IMG/VR virus record: IMGVR_UViG_3300037423_000781
Coordinates: 1-35,091 of that record
Strand: one strand, 5' to 3'
Length of the DNA stretch: 35,091 nt
Source of the DNA: a virus
Taxonomy: Duplodnaviria; Caudoviricetes
The notes beneath the pieces are model-generated. The model saw nothing but the letters and a program-made list of their open reading frames with translations, was not told the origin of the DNA and did not search any database. Positions 1-8,713 of the stretch are shown here, in pieces. Position numbers and translations under genes: made by a program. Each line of letters opens with the position of its first letter. Position 1 is the first letter of the stretch.

Positions 1-3000
1 ATGGATCGCTTCGTGATCCAGCACCGCATCCGGGTTCTCGGCGTCGAGCGATACGCTGATCAGCTTGCGGAAGTAGGAGCCGTCGGCGGCGTGCATCTTG
101 CCTTCGACCATGAGGCCGAGGTTCTCGCTGATGCGAAGGCCGATGTCCTTCAGGCCGAGCCGGTCGAGTTCGGCCCGAAGCCGCTTGCCGACGTCCTGCG
201 CTTGGGCGGTAAAGGCGTCGGTTGGCCTGAGTTCTTTGTCGGCAACCTTCAGGCGGATGTTCGGATTATTGGCATCGAAAGCGCCTTGGTTGTTGACGGA
301 TTTGATCTGCGTCGGATCGAAGACCACGAAGCCATATTGGGTGTCCATGCCGTCGAACCCGGCCGCGCGGATGATATCGACGCCCTCGGCTCCCGGAAGT
401 TGGTAGAGCACGTTGTCGCCATTGGCCTTATACGCATGGTCAAAAATGCTGGCGAGTTCGCCTTTCTTGAAGTAGCCGGGATGCTTCTCGTTGGTGGCCT
501 TTTCGATGGCGGCAAGATCGGCTGGCGAGATGATGCCGCGCGCGGGGAACAGCTTCTTCGCGCTAAGATATACCGGCATCACATTTGGACCGGCATTGCC
601 CGAAAGCGTTACGCGGTTGACGTTTTCGCCGGTCGCGTAGTCTGATGCCTGCGCTGGATCTCGCGTGAAATAGAATCCTTCGCCGTAGGCGTTGCCGCCG
701 TCGATGCGGCTGAATTCATCGAAGTCTGACCTGGTCCCATGATAAACGACGAGCGGATCGCCGTTCTCATCAACCACCTCGCTGTCGCCGAACCAGCGTT
801 TGAAGGCTGGCGTATCGGTGATGTCCTTCCGTAGCGAGAAAAGTTCATCCTGCCGCTCGGAACGGGCCTGCCTGTCGAAGAGTTCGCCGGCATCCTTCTG
901 CGGCGCCTTGGCGCGCAACGGCTTGTCTGCCTCACGCTGGGCCTGCTGGCCTTGGGAAATCTTCTCTGCCCCGGGAATGACCGACTGGGGTTTGCCCTCG
1001 GCGCCGGCCTCGACGGTCGGCTGCTTCGGATCTGGCTTTTCGGCGGGCTTGCTCTTGGCCGCCGCATCGTTGGCCTTGTCGACCAGATACTTGAGGACAG
1101 TCGCATCGGCTGCGCCATAGGCAATGCGCGTGCCGTTCGGATCTATCAGCCCAACCTCTTCGCCATCCTTGCGGAAGGTGTAGCCATCCGGCAGCTTCTT
1201 GCCCCACTCGGCGACGATGCTCTCGTGCTTGGCGCTATAGTCCGGCGCCGTGTTCGGCTTGCCGCCGGCCGCGCGGTGGATCGCCTCCGCCACGGCATCA
1301 TCCCATTCAAAGCCCTCGTCGAGAATTTTCATCGCACGGCGGGCCACCTCTGGCGTGACCATGCGGCCATTTGCGCGGATCGGGCCTTGAGGCTTCGCCC
1401 CACCATCTGGCGCAGTCGCCGGCATGATCGAATCGATGATGCTGTCGAGCTTGGTCTGAAGCCGATCGGCGCGCTCGGTGTCGCCGGCCGCGCGCATTTC
1501 GTCGATCTTGCGACCGAGACGAATGGCAATGTCTCTATTGGCAGGCTGGATCGCGTCGAAGGCCGCACGGCCCTCTGCGTTGAAGCCTTGGAGGAAGCTG
1601 GGCGCTACTTCGCCTTTCGGCCCGCTTCCATCCGGTTCAGCGCTTCCAGATTGCTCGCGCTGCGGCGCAGCCTCTCGCGCTGATCCTTCGACAGACCCTT
1701 GCCGATCACGGCCCTGATCCGATGGTTTTTCGCCAGTTGCGACCGCTGGCCCTGCGTCAAATGGGATTTCTTCGTCAAGAGCCTGTTCTCCCTGCCCATT
1801 CATATCTTCCGTCTCATGCTCGATTGCAAGAGACTCGCGCTCGAGCACGTCGACAATGGCCTCGTCCGCCGCCATGCCGCTCGCCATCCGGTCGAGAATT
1901 TCGGAGGTCAGGCTTTCGGTGAGTTGCAGCCCGTGCACCTTCGCCAGGGCCTCGATCTCCTGCTGCTGGCGATCGACCTCTTGCGGCGCCGCGCCCGTGC
2001 CCTGCTCTCCGGCGACATACTGGCGGTTGCCGCGGCGCGTCTCGGCGATCAGATCCAGAAGATCGGCAACCGTCGATTTCTCGGTTGCGGTGGCCCGGTC
2101 GCCGTAGAGATGGTCGAAATAGCCCATCTCGGCCGCGGCCTCTCGGGCGGTGTCGAGCGGCACGCCCTTCTCGCGCATCAGCTTGCCGACGCCAGGAACG
2201 AAGGTCTTGTGCGCATCGATCGCGCGCAGCTCGCCCTTGAAATCCTGTACGCCGCCCTGCTGGGCGAGGAACTGGATGATGTCGCGCGGGCCTTTCTGGA
2301 TGGGCGCATTGCGCTGCCTGACGTCGACCGGCGCCGGCGCGGAAGGTGGTTGACCTGGGACGGCGGTTTCGGGAACCTGGTTTACCGAAGGCGATGTCGG
2401 GCCGGTATAGGAAAGCGGCTGCGTGGTGTCGCCGTTCTTCAGCCACGACTTGAAGCCGAACATCGGCATCTCGGTCACGGCGCCGATCCTCTGTGCGCCC
2501 TTGCCGTCGCTGAACGCCTGCTCGTAGGCCTGCACCGCCGCTTCGCGCGACGGGAAGTCCATCATCACCTTGTGCTCGTCGAACGCCTTGGTGCCGGCGT
2601 CGATCTGGTCGATGACATAGACCTTGTCGCTGTGATGATCGCCGAGATAGGTGTCGACCTGGTCGCCATCGGCGCCACTGGTACGGCGGATGTAGCCGTA
2701 GTGGGCCGGCATGGTGACTTCCCAGGGCTCGGCCGCGCCTGGCTTGGAGCGGCGCGTGCCGCCCTTCTCGTTCTCGATCGAGACATCGAGCCCGTGCACC
2801 TGGACTTTGCGCTTGGCGTAGTTTCCTGCCTCGGCCTGACCCGGCGTCGGTTCCGGGTTGGTCTGCCCTGTGGTGAGGAAGGCATGATCGGGGAGGAGCG
2901 CGGATGCCGGATTTGCACGCGGCATGACACGAAGGCGCGCGGCTTCGTCTGGTTTCAGTTCGAAATTGAACGTGAAGCCCTGCTTGACGCCTTGCTCTGG

Positions 3001-4917
3001 GATATCGGCATTGTTGATGCGTGGGTCATTCGCAGGGATGTCGAGATAATGCAGCGGGAGATCGCTCCGATAGTCGGAAGCATATTTCTGGTTGGTGCTC
3101 ACCCAGCGACCAGAGTCACCTTCGCCAACTGATCCGCTGTGATAGACCCTGACCATTCCTGGCTGCACGGGAGGCGCAGGCGCCGCTTCCGCTACAGCCG
3201 GACCGGCGACAGGCTCCGCGCTTGCTGGCGGGGCTGCTGGATGGCCAAGCGGCGGGATTTCGGCCGCTGGCTCGGTGGCCGCCTGCTTCTTGCCGGCGCC
3301 GAGCGCCTCGTCGAAGATCTTCTTGCCATCGTCGATGAGATCATTGGGCAGCGGCGACGCCCGGTCTTCCGGGGTCAGGCGCGGACTGTTCGGCCGGTCC
3401 TTCTCGACATCGATGGTGGCCGCAGGCGGGGGAGGAGGTCCGCCTGCGGCCGTATCTGCGGACGGGGGAGGAGGTCCACCCGCAGATTCCTGCCCGAAGA
3501 GCGTGTCGGCCGATGCCGCGCCCTGCGGGATACCCTGTTCGGCAATCGGTGGCGCCGCTTCATGCGCCTGGTGACCGGCAGCGGGAGATGCGCCCGCGCT
3601 CATGGTTCCGCCGGCGAGCGCGCCACCAATGGCGTTGTCGATGACCGATACGGCTTGCTGGGCCAGCGTCTTGTCGCCGCCCGCCACGTCGATCGCCGCT
3701 TCCTGGATGACCTGTTGCACACCTTCGGTAGCACCTTCCGTCAGCGCACCGGTGACGACGCGCTGCATCAGGCGCTTGACGATGTTCTGCTTCAGGCCCG
3801 TGGCGTTGAGCCCGACCACCCCTTCCAGCGACGCCGCATCGAGCGCCGCCATGGGTATAGCCGCCTCGGCCGCGATGCTGGCGACCTGCTTTCGGGTGAT
3901 CTTGCCGTCCGCGATTGCCTTCTTCACGCCTTCGTTTTCAAGAAGGGCGCCGTAGGTGTCGCCAAGGTTCTGGACGTAGGACGGGCCGGCGGCGCTGGCG
4001 ATGAAGCCGAGCGGGCTCTTTGTGACTGCCGCGCCAGCCACGCCGGCGGCAAGGCTCGGTGCCGATGTTCCGGCACCTGAGCCGATCAGATAGCCGGCAT
4101 AGTCCGCCGCATCGCTGATCATGTTGGACAGGGAGTCCGTCCTGATCGAGGTGACGCTCGGCACGTTCGGCTGGCGCGTCTCCGCGCCCTGCGCGCCCCA
4201 TGCCTTGACCTGATCGGCGAGATTGCGAAGCGTTTGCGGGGTTTCTTCCATGGGGCGGATCTTGCCGCCCGGTTCGGTGGGGACCATGCGGCCGACGATA
4301 TCGCCGGCATGCGCCGCGCCGCTCGGTTCGCTCAGTTCGGCAATCGCCTCCATGGCGTTGCCGACCATCTGCGGATTCTGGTCGACGAGACCGCTGATGA
4401 AGCCCTTCTTGATCTGGTCGATGAAGCCGCCGCCGCTGGCCGGGGCAGAGCCGCCACCCATGAACTCGTCGTCGCTCATCAGGTCGGAAGCGGGTTTTCC
4501 AGAATAGAAATCCGCCTGCGCGCCGTGCAGCGCCTGCGCATAGGCAGTTGCATCGTCCGGGTTGTCGAACTTGCCGAGGTGCTGGCCGGTCTTGTGATAG
4601 AGGTCGATTGCCGCCTTGTCGTCGAGAAGCTTGCCATCCGGCGAGACAGTCGGGATCAGGATTTCCTTGCCATCTTCCTCGAATGACATCGAACGCACGG
4701 TGCTGACCGAGCCGTCTTCATTCTTGACCACAGGGCGCTTGGCGAGATCGACATTGCCAGGTTCGAGGAGACCCTTGAAATCGCCGGTCGGGGCGGCAGA
4801 GCGCTCGGCTGGCTTGGCTGGCGCTGTCGCGCCGCCCATGAACTGATCATCGTTCAGCAGCGTGCTGCCGCCACTCGCCGGCTCGCCGAGAAACTCATCG
4901 TCGGAAAGCAGGTTCAC
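1..4917 (-). CDS. Large polyvalent internal virion/ejection protein (3'-truncated by window edge, >1639 aa)
   Basis: Hand translation from GTG at 4917 (GTGA overlap with upstream stop) has no stop down to base 1. It begins MNLLSDDEFLG. It contains GNVDLAKRPVVKNEDGSVSTVRSMSF (about 4505-4758), a RVYHSG..WVSTN..YA ART-like module (about 2920-3156), an InPase domain (AGNY..SIENEKG..HYGYIRRTSGADGDQVD..FDEHKVM, about 2420-2850), an ART-PolyVal domain (FKRWFGDS..VVYHGT..GFYFT..VMPVYL..GFDG..VVFDPTQIKS, about 250-820) and HEAIH at 1-15. Confidence 0.92.
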   Translation of the reverse strand, partial: MNLLSDDEFLGEPASGGSTLLNDDQFMGGATAPAKPAERSAAPTGDFKGLLEPGNVDLAKRPVVKNEDGSVSTVRSMSFEEDGKEILIPTVSPDGKLLDDKAAIDLYHKTGQHLGKFDNPDDATAYAQALHGAQADFYSGKPASDLMSDDEFMGGGSAPASGGGFIDQIKKGFISGLVDQNPQMVGNAMEAIAELSEPSGAAHAGDIVGRMVPTEPGGKIRPMEETPQTLRNLADQVKAWGAQGAETRQPNVPSVTSIRTDSLSNMISDAADYAGYLIGSGAGTSAPSLAAGVAGAAVTKSPLGFIASAAGPSYVQNLGDTYGALLENEGVKKAIADGKITRKQVASIAAEAAIPMAALDAASLEGVVGLNATGLKQNIVKRLMQRVVTGALTEGATEGVQQVIQEAAIDVAGGDKTLAQQAVSVIDNAIGGALAGGTMSAGASPAAGHQAHEAAPPIAEQGIPQGAASADTLFGQESAGGPPPPSADTAAGGPPPPPAATIDVEKDRPNSPRLTPEDRASPLPNDLIDDGKKIFDEALGAGKKQAATEPAAEIPPLGHPAAPPASAEPVAGPAVAEAAPAPPVQPGMVRVYHSGSVGEGDSGRWVSTNQKYASDYRSDLPLHYLDIPANDPRINNADIPEQGVKQGFTFNFELKPDEAARLRVMPRANPASALLPDHAFLTTGQTNPEPTPGQAEAGNYAKRKVQVHGLDVSIENEKGGTRRSKPGAAEPWEVTMPAHYGYIRRTSGADGDQVDTYLGDHHSDKVYVIDQIDAGTKAFDEHKVMMDFPSREAAVQAYEQAFSDGKGAQRIGAVTEMPMFGFKSWLKNGDTTQPLSYTGPTSPSVNQVPETAVPGQPPSAPAPVDVRQRNAPIQKGPRDIIQFLAQQGGVQDFKGELRAIDAHKTFVPGVGKLMREKGVPLDTAREAAAEMGYFDHLYGDRATATEKSTVADLLDLIAETRRGNRQYVAGEQGTGAAPQEVDRQQQEIEALAKVHGLQLTESLTSEILDRMASGMAADEAIVDVLERESLAIEHETEDMNGQGEQALDEEIPFDAGPAVATGEKPSDQGRDRQGSVEGSAREAAPQREQSGSAEPDGSGPKGEVAPSFLQGFNAEGRAAFDAIQPANRDIAIRLGRKIDEMRAAGDTERADRLQTKLDSIIDSIMPATAPDGGAKPQGPIRANGRMVTPEVARRAMKILDEGFEWDDAVAEAIHRAAGGKPNTAPDYSAKHESIVAEWGKKLPDGYTFRKDGEEVGLIDPNGTRIAYGAADATVLKYLVDKANDAAAKSKPAEKPDPKQPTVEAGAEGKPQSVIPGAEKISQGQQAQREADKPLRAKAPQKDAGELFDRQARSERQDELFSLRKDITDTPAFKRWFGDSEVVDENGDPLVVYHGTRSDFDEFSRIDGGNAYGEGFYFTRDPAQASDYATGENVNRVTLSGNAGPNVMPVYLSAKKLFPARGIISPADLAAIEKATNEKHPGYFKKGELASIFDHAYKANGDNVLYQLPGAEGVDIIRAAGFDGMDTQYGFVVFDPTQIKSVNNQGAFDANNPNIRLKVADKELRPTDAFTAQAQDVGKRLRAELDRLGLKDIGLRISENLGLMVEGKMHAADGSYFRKLISVSLDAENPDAVLDHEAIH
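1605..1799 (-). CDS. Candidate 64-aa basic protein nested out of frame inside the polyvalent gene
   Basis: ATG to TAG. By hand count 53 of 64 codons end in G/C, versus about 29 of 65 in the host frame over the same bases, where the host protein is a low-complexity linker. Confidence 0.55.
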   Translation of the reverse strand: MGRENRLLTKKSHLTQGQRSQLAKNHRIRAVIGKGLSKDQRERLRRSASNLEALNRMEAGRKAK

Positions 4918-5705
4918 TGGATGAGTTCCCAGCCCTTGCCAGTCCATTTCGCGATCTTGCCGTTCGGAGCCTTGTAGATCTTGCCGATGACGCGCTTGGC
5001 CGGATCGGCAGGGATCACATCACCCGGGCCTTCGACACCGCCTGGCTTGACTCCGGCCGCGCCGGTGTCGCCCGGCTTGGCGCTGCTGTCGGCCGGCTCC
5101 GTATCGAGATAGGTCAGCGTCTTGTCGGTCGCTTCCTGCGCCTGCTTTTGCAGTTCTACCGGATCGGGCGTGCCCATCGCGCCCTTGGTCAGGGCATCCA
5201 TCCATGCCTTGTAGATCGAGGCGCGCGACTTGTCGGGATCGGCGCGGGCCGCGCGCACCATCTTCCAGGCTTCCGCCGGGTTTGTCGCGACGCCCTGCTG
5301 GATCAGCCATTCGGCGGTCGACACCTCGGCCGGTTTGTCCGCCGCCTTGCCGGTCACCATCACCTTGACGGGGTTGCCCTTGTCGTCGACGAGCGGCTTT
5401 GCCGTCGAACCGGTGCGCGAGTAGCTGTTGCCCTTGTCGTCGGTGATGAGGTCGCCGGACGCATCGCGTGCCTTCTGGGCCTCGTCGCTGCGGGCTGCGA
5501 GGGCCTTGTCGGTCTGACCGGCCTCGAAGTTGCGGCCGATCTCGGCCTCCTTCGAACGGAAATCACGCTCGTCGGCAGCGCGGCGGTCCTGCCGTTGCGC
5601 CTCGAGCTCCTGCAGGCGCGCCTCACGCTCAGCCTTGATCTCGTCGAGCTTGGCGTCGCTCCATCCCGACATCGCGCCGCCAAGGATCATGGCAAATCCG
5701 GCCAT
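4914..5705 (-). CDS. Internal virion/ejection protein
   Basis: 263 aa, Gly-rich N-terminus followed by charged coiled coil. Coupled to both neighbours and directly upstream of the giant protein. Confidence 0.75.
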   Translation of the reverse strand: MAGFAMILGGAMSGWSDAKLDEIKAEREARLQELEAQRQDRRAADERDFRSKEAEIGRNFEAGQTDKALAARSDEAQKARDASGDLITDDKGNSYSRTGSTAKPLVDDKGNPVKVMVTGKAADKPAEVSTAEWLIQQGVATNPAEAWKMVRAARADPDKSRASIYKAWMDALTKGAMGTPDPVELQKQAQEATDKTLTYLDTEPADSSAKPGDTGAAGVKPGGVEGPGDVIPADPAKRVIGKIYKAPNGKIAKWTGKGWELIQ

Positions 5706-6478
5706 CAGTTCATCTCCCGCGGCGCCATGCCGCCCTGCACGGACGGCCCGTTGTCGTTGGCGGCAGGCTCCTCGACGCCGCCTTCAGCCTGGTCCTCGGC
5801 TGGGGTTTCGGCCTCTCCGCCTTGCGCCTTGTCCTTGGCATCGAGGTCTCGGAAGACCTGCTCGAGCTCGCCCTTGGCATCCATGCCTTGCAACTGCTGC
5901 AGCGCCTGCTTCGCCGACGCCTCGTCGACAACTCCGGCATTCTTGAGCTGCTCCATGGCCGTGTCGACGGCGAGGAAATAGGCACTCTCCAACTTGTCGC
6001 GGTCGTTCGCGTAATCGCTGATGCCCGCCTTGTCGCTGATTTCGGCGAGTTGCCCGAATATCTCGGTGCCGCCATGGAACAGGACATCGGGCGAAAGCTG
6101 TGCCCCGGCATCGCTCGCCGCCTTGTAGACGCGGGTGATGATCATGGCGGTCGCATTGGCAAGGCCGCGCGCCGGGCCAGAAGCGGCGCCGGCCTGTTTG
6201 GGATCCTGGCCTTCGGCGTGGCCGCCGCGCAGCATCTCGACCACCTGCGGGAACATCTTCTGATTGTAGATGAGTTCCATGGCACGGCCGACGAACTGGT
6301 TGTATTGCGCTTGCTCCTCGGGCGCGGCCTGCTGTGCAGCGCCGGTGTCCTGCTGCTGGGCGTCCGCCTCGTCGCCGGAAGGCTCCGGGCCGCCTGTATC
6401 GTCGCCGGTAGGTTCGGGAGCCTGCTGCGCAGCGCCGGCTGGAACCGGGCCAGGATCTTGCATCATTGGCTTTTCCAT
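5705..6478 (-). CDS. Acidic hypothetical protein of the ejection module (257 aa)
   Basis: ATG at 6478 (MEKPMMQDPG) chosen over the track's 6616 start, which overlaps a plus-strand gene. Helical core with Q/P/E-rich ends; TGATG coupling downstream. Confidence 0.75.
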   Translation of the reverse strand: MEKPMMQDPGPVPAGAAQQAPEPTGDDTGGPEPSGDEADAQQQDTGAAQQAAPEEQAQYNQFVGRAMELIYNQKMFPQVVEMLRGGHAEGQDPKQAGAASGPARGLANATAMIITRVYKAASDAGAQLSPDVLFHGGTEIFGQLAEISDKAGISDYANDRDKLESAYFLAVDTAMEQLKNAGVVDEASAKQALQQLQGMDAKGELEQVFRDLDAKDKAQGGEAETPAEDQAEGGVEEPAANDNGPSVQGGMAPREMN

Positions 6479-6551
6479 CTGCCACGCCCCATATTGATTG
6501 GGGAAGTCATGCCACACCGGGGCTGACAAAACCGTGCAGGAGGAGAGACAG

Positions 6552-6875
6552 ATGACGAAGACCTTGATGGCGCTGGCTCTGATGTGGACAGGACCAGCAT
6601 GGGCCGGCTGCAGCAACTGGGCGGAGGATCAGGCTTTCCTCGGGCCGGCGCCACGCGCCAACCTGTGCATTGCCGGCGACTGCGCGGAAACCAAGCTGGA
6701 CTTCAACTGCGGCAACGCGACCAGCGCCCAATGGGGCTATCAGAATGGCCTGAAGATCGAGGTCTCGGCGGATGGCTCTGCTGTCGCCTTCAAGAACGAC
6801 CATGAGATCGCCCTGCGCCAGATCAAATGCACGGAGATCGACGAAGGCGCCTGCTTCATCCGGCCAAAGCTTTAG
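6552..6875 (+). CDS. Secreted Cys-rich moron protein (107 aa)
   Basis: Strong RBS (AGGAGG/GGAG) before ATG 6552. Signal peptide MTKTLMALALMWTGPAWA, six Cys in the mature part. Fills a gap in the minus-strand operon; stop overlaps the convergent stop at 6872-6875. Confidence 0.8.
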   Translation: MTKTLMALALMWTGPAWAGCSNWAEDQAFLGPAPRANLCIAGDCAETKLDFNCGNATSAQWGYQNGLKIEVSADGSAVAFKNDHEIALRQIKCTEIDEGACFIRPKL

Positions 6876-8710
6876 GCGTAGCCGGGCGTGTTGTAATCCC
6901 ACTTCTGCGCCGGCTTCGGCCGCGGCGTCGGGTCGATAAACTTGATATAGCGATCCTCGAAGGTTTCATCGCTTTTAGGCACGGTCGACTTCTGCTTGTT
7001 GTCGACGACCTGGCCGCCCCGGCCGCCGCCAAGGCGATCGGCACCGCTATCCGGTCCGGCCCCACCACCCTCCCCCGTAGCGATGGAACCGGCGATCCGC
7101 TCGCCAAGTGTCTTGTTGCCGGTGAGCGCCAGGCCGCCATTGATCAAACTGACCGGCGTGCCGACGCCAGGCAGCATCCCTAGGCCGACATCGATAGCGC
7201 CGGCGGCGACCTTCTCGGCAAGCGAACGCTGGCGCGGCGGGGCCGGCGTTGGTGTGGGCGCCGCAGGCGTAGCCTGCTTCGCGGGAGTGGAAATCGATGG
7301 AGCTATACCATTACCAACGACGTGCGCCGGATAGTTGCCGGCCGGCAGACCGCTCGGATCGTTCTGAACGCCCGCCTTTGCCGCCTCCTGCGCCGTGGCG
7401 CGCGCGGCGTCCACTGATGCCGCCGATGTAGACTTCCCCATGTAGGTCGAGGAGAACCGGTCAACGCCAGGAGCCTTTGTCTGGAACGACGAGACGTCCT
7501 TGGATGTGATGCTGTCGAGCGACTTGTTGGGGGAGACCACGCCATTGGCGACGAGGTCCTTCGCCATATCGCGCGCGGCGGCAACAGATACGGATGCCTT
7601 GTCGATGCCGTTCTTGGCGTAGTGGCTCACACCGGTCGTCGGATCGGCTACGGAGGCCCATTCCTTCGACAGTTCCTTGGCGAACTTGTCGACATCGATC
7701 TGGCCGTTGACGGTCGCCTTGTTGGCGCGCTCCTGCATCAGCCCGACCGCAATCTTGTCCTGAACGGCCGGCGTCATCTTGGCATCCATCAGGCCCATTT
7801 TCGTAGCGACGGCTGCCAAGGTGGTGTCCTTCACCTGGTAGGCTCCGACCACGTTCGCCAGCTTGCCGTCCCATTGCGTCTTGGACAGCGCTATCGCATC
7901 CTTGACGGTCATGCTTGTGAGGTCGGCTGTCACCCCACCGCTAAGGGTGTTGTACGGGTCTTTGACGCCGACTTCGGCTTTGCTGATGGTGCCGAGCGCC
8001 CGCTCGCGCGCCAAATCCTTCATGCTCTGGGTTTCGGAGTCCCGCGCCTGCTGCGCCAGATCGCCCTGCCTGGTCTTGTCCTGGCTGGCATTGAAGGACG
8101 CCATGCCGCCGCTGAGCGTCGAATTGGGAGTGCCACCATAGCCGGCGCCGGTCGTTGTCCTATTGCTCGATGCCCCTGGACCCGCTCCGCTGGCGCGATT
8201 CCCGGCCGAGTTCAGCCCAGCCCCGACGCCTGGCGAGGAGACGCCGCCGTATCCGTTACCGGTCGTGCTTCTGTTGGCTGATGCGCCAGGGCCTGCCCCG
8301 GAGGCGCGATTGCCTGCGGAATTGAGCCCGCCGTTGCCGCCGCCCAGGCTCGAAGAATTTCCGCCGCCGAGCCCGCCGCCATTGCCGCCGCCATTGGCAT
8401 TGCTGTTGCCGCCCGACCCGCCTGGCGAAGACCCGCCGCTGGGTGAGCTTCGATTGCCAGAATTATTCGACGTAGGCCCGCCGAGTCCGCCATTATTGCC
8501 GCTGCTCGATGGAGACGATTTGCTGCCGCTATTACCGGAGTTGTTGGACGTCGGCCCGCCCAAGCCGCCATTATTGCCGCTGCTCGATGGCGAGTTGCCC
8601 TTGCTCGACGAGGAATTGCTGTTGCCGGAGTTGTTGGAATTTGGGCCACCGAGCCCGCCGTTGTTCCCGCTGGCAGAGGGGGAATCGCCGCTCCTCATGC
8701 TGCCGACCAT
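6872..8710 (-). CDS. Ejection protein with lysozyme-like (lambda R/GH104-type) peptidoglycan hydrolase domain
   Basis: 612 aa. ISKAEVG..YNTLSGG..VGAYQ..TPAVQDKIAVGL..LSKEWAS (about 7615-8010) matches the lambda-R-like transglycosylase pattern. Gly/Ser/Asn-rich N-terminus. Confidence 0.8.
   Translation of the reverse strand: MVGSMRSGDSPSASGNNGGLGGPNSNNSGNSNSSSSKGNSPSSSGNNGGLGGPTSNNSGNSGSKSSPSSSGNNGGLGGPTSNNSGNRSSPSGGSSPGGSGGNSNANGGGNGGGLGGGNSSSLGGGNGGLNSAGNRASGAGPGASANRSTTGNGYGGVSSPGVGAGLNSAGNRASGAGPGASSNRTTTGAGYGGTPNSTLSGGMASFNASQDKTRQGDLAQQARDSETQSMKDLARERALGTISKAEVGVKDPYNTLSGGVTADLTSMTVKDAIALSKTQWDGKLANVVGAYQVKDTTLAAVATKMGLMDAKMTPAVQDKIAVGLMQERANKATVNGQIDVDKFAKELSKEWASVADPTTGVSHYAKNGIDKASVSVAAARDMAKDLVANGVVSPNKSLDSITSKDVSSFQTKAPGVDRFSSTYMGKSTSAASVDAARATAQEAAKAGVQNDPSGLPAGNYPAHVVGNGIAPSISTPAKQATPAAPTPTPAPPRQRSLAEKVAAGAIDVGLGMLPGVGTPVSLINGGLALTGNKTLGERIAGSIATGEGGGAGPDSGADRLGGGRGGQVVDNKQKSTVPKSDETFEDRYIKFIDPTPRPKPAQKWDYNTPGYA
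8132..8690 (-). repeat. Coding repeats in the Gly/Ser/Asn-rich N-terminus
   Basis: Three copies of SPSxSGNNGGLGGPxSNNSGN and two copies of GLNSAGNRASGAGPGASxNRxTTGxGYGG. Confidence 0.9.
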
Positions 8711-8713
8711 GGA

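Noticed and set aside
1-4686. Long plus-strand ORFs (1-645, 952-1683, 1699-3132, 3139-4080, 4234-4686)
   Set aside because: All are in codon register with the giant minus-strand gene; they are antisense shadows with no motifs.
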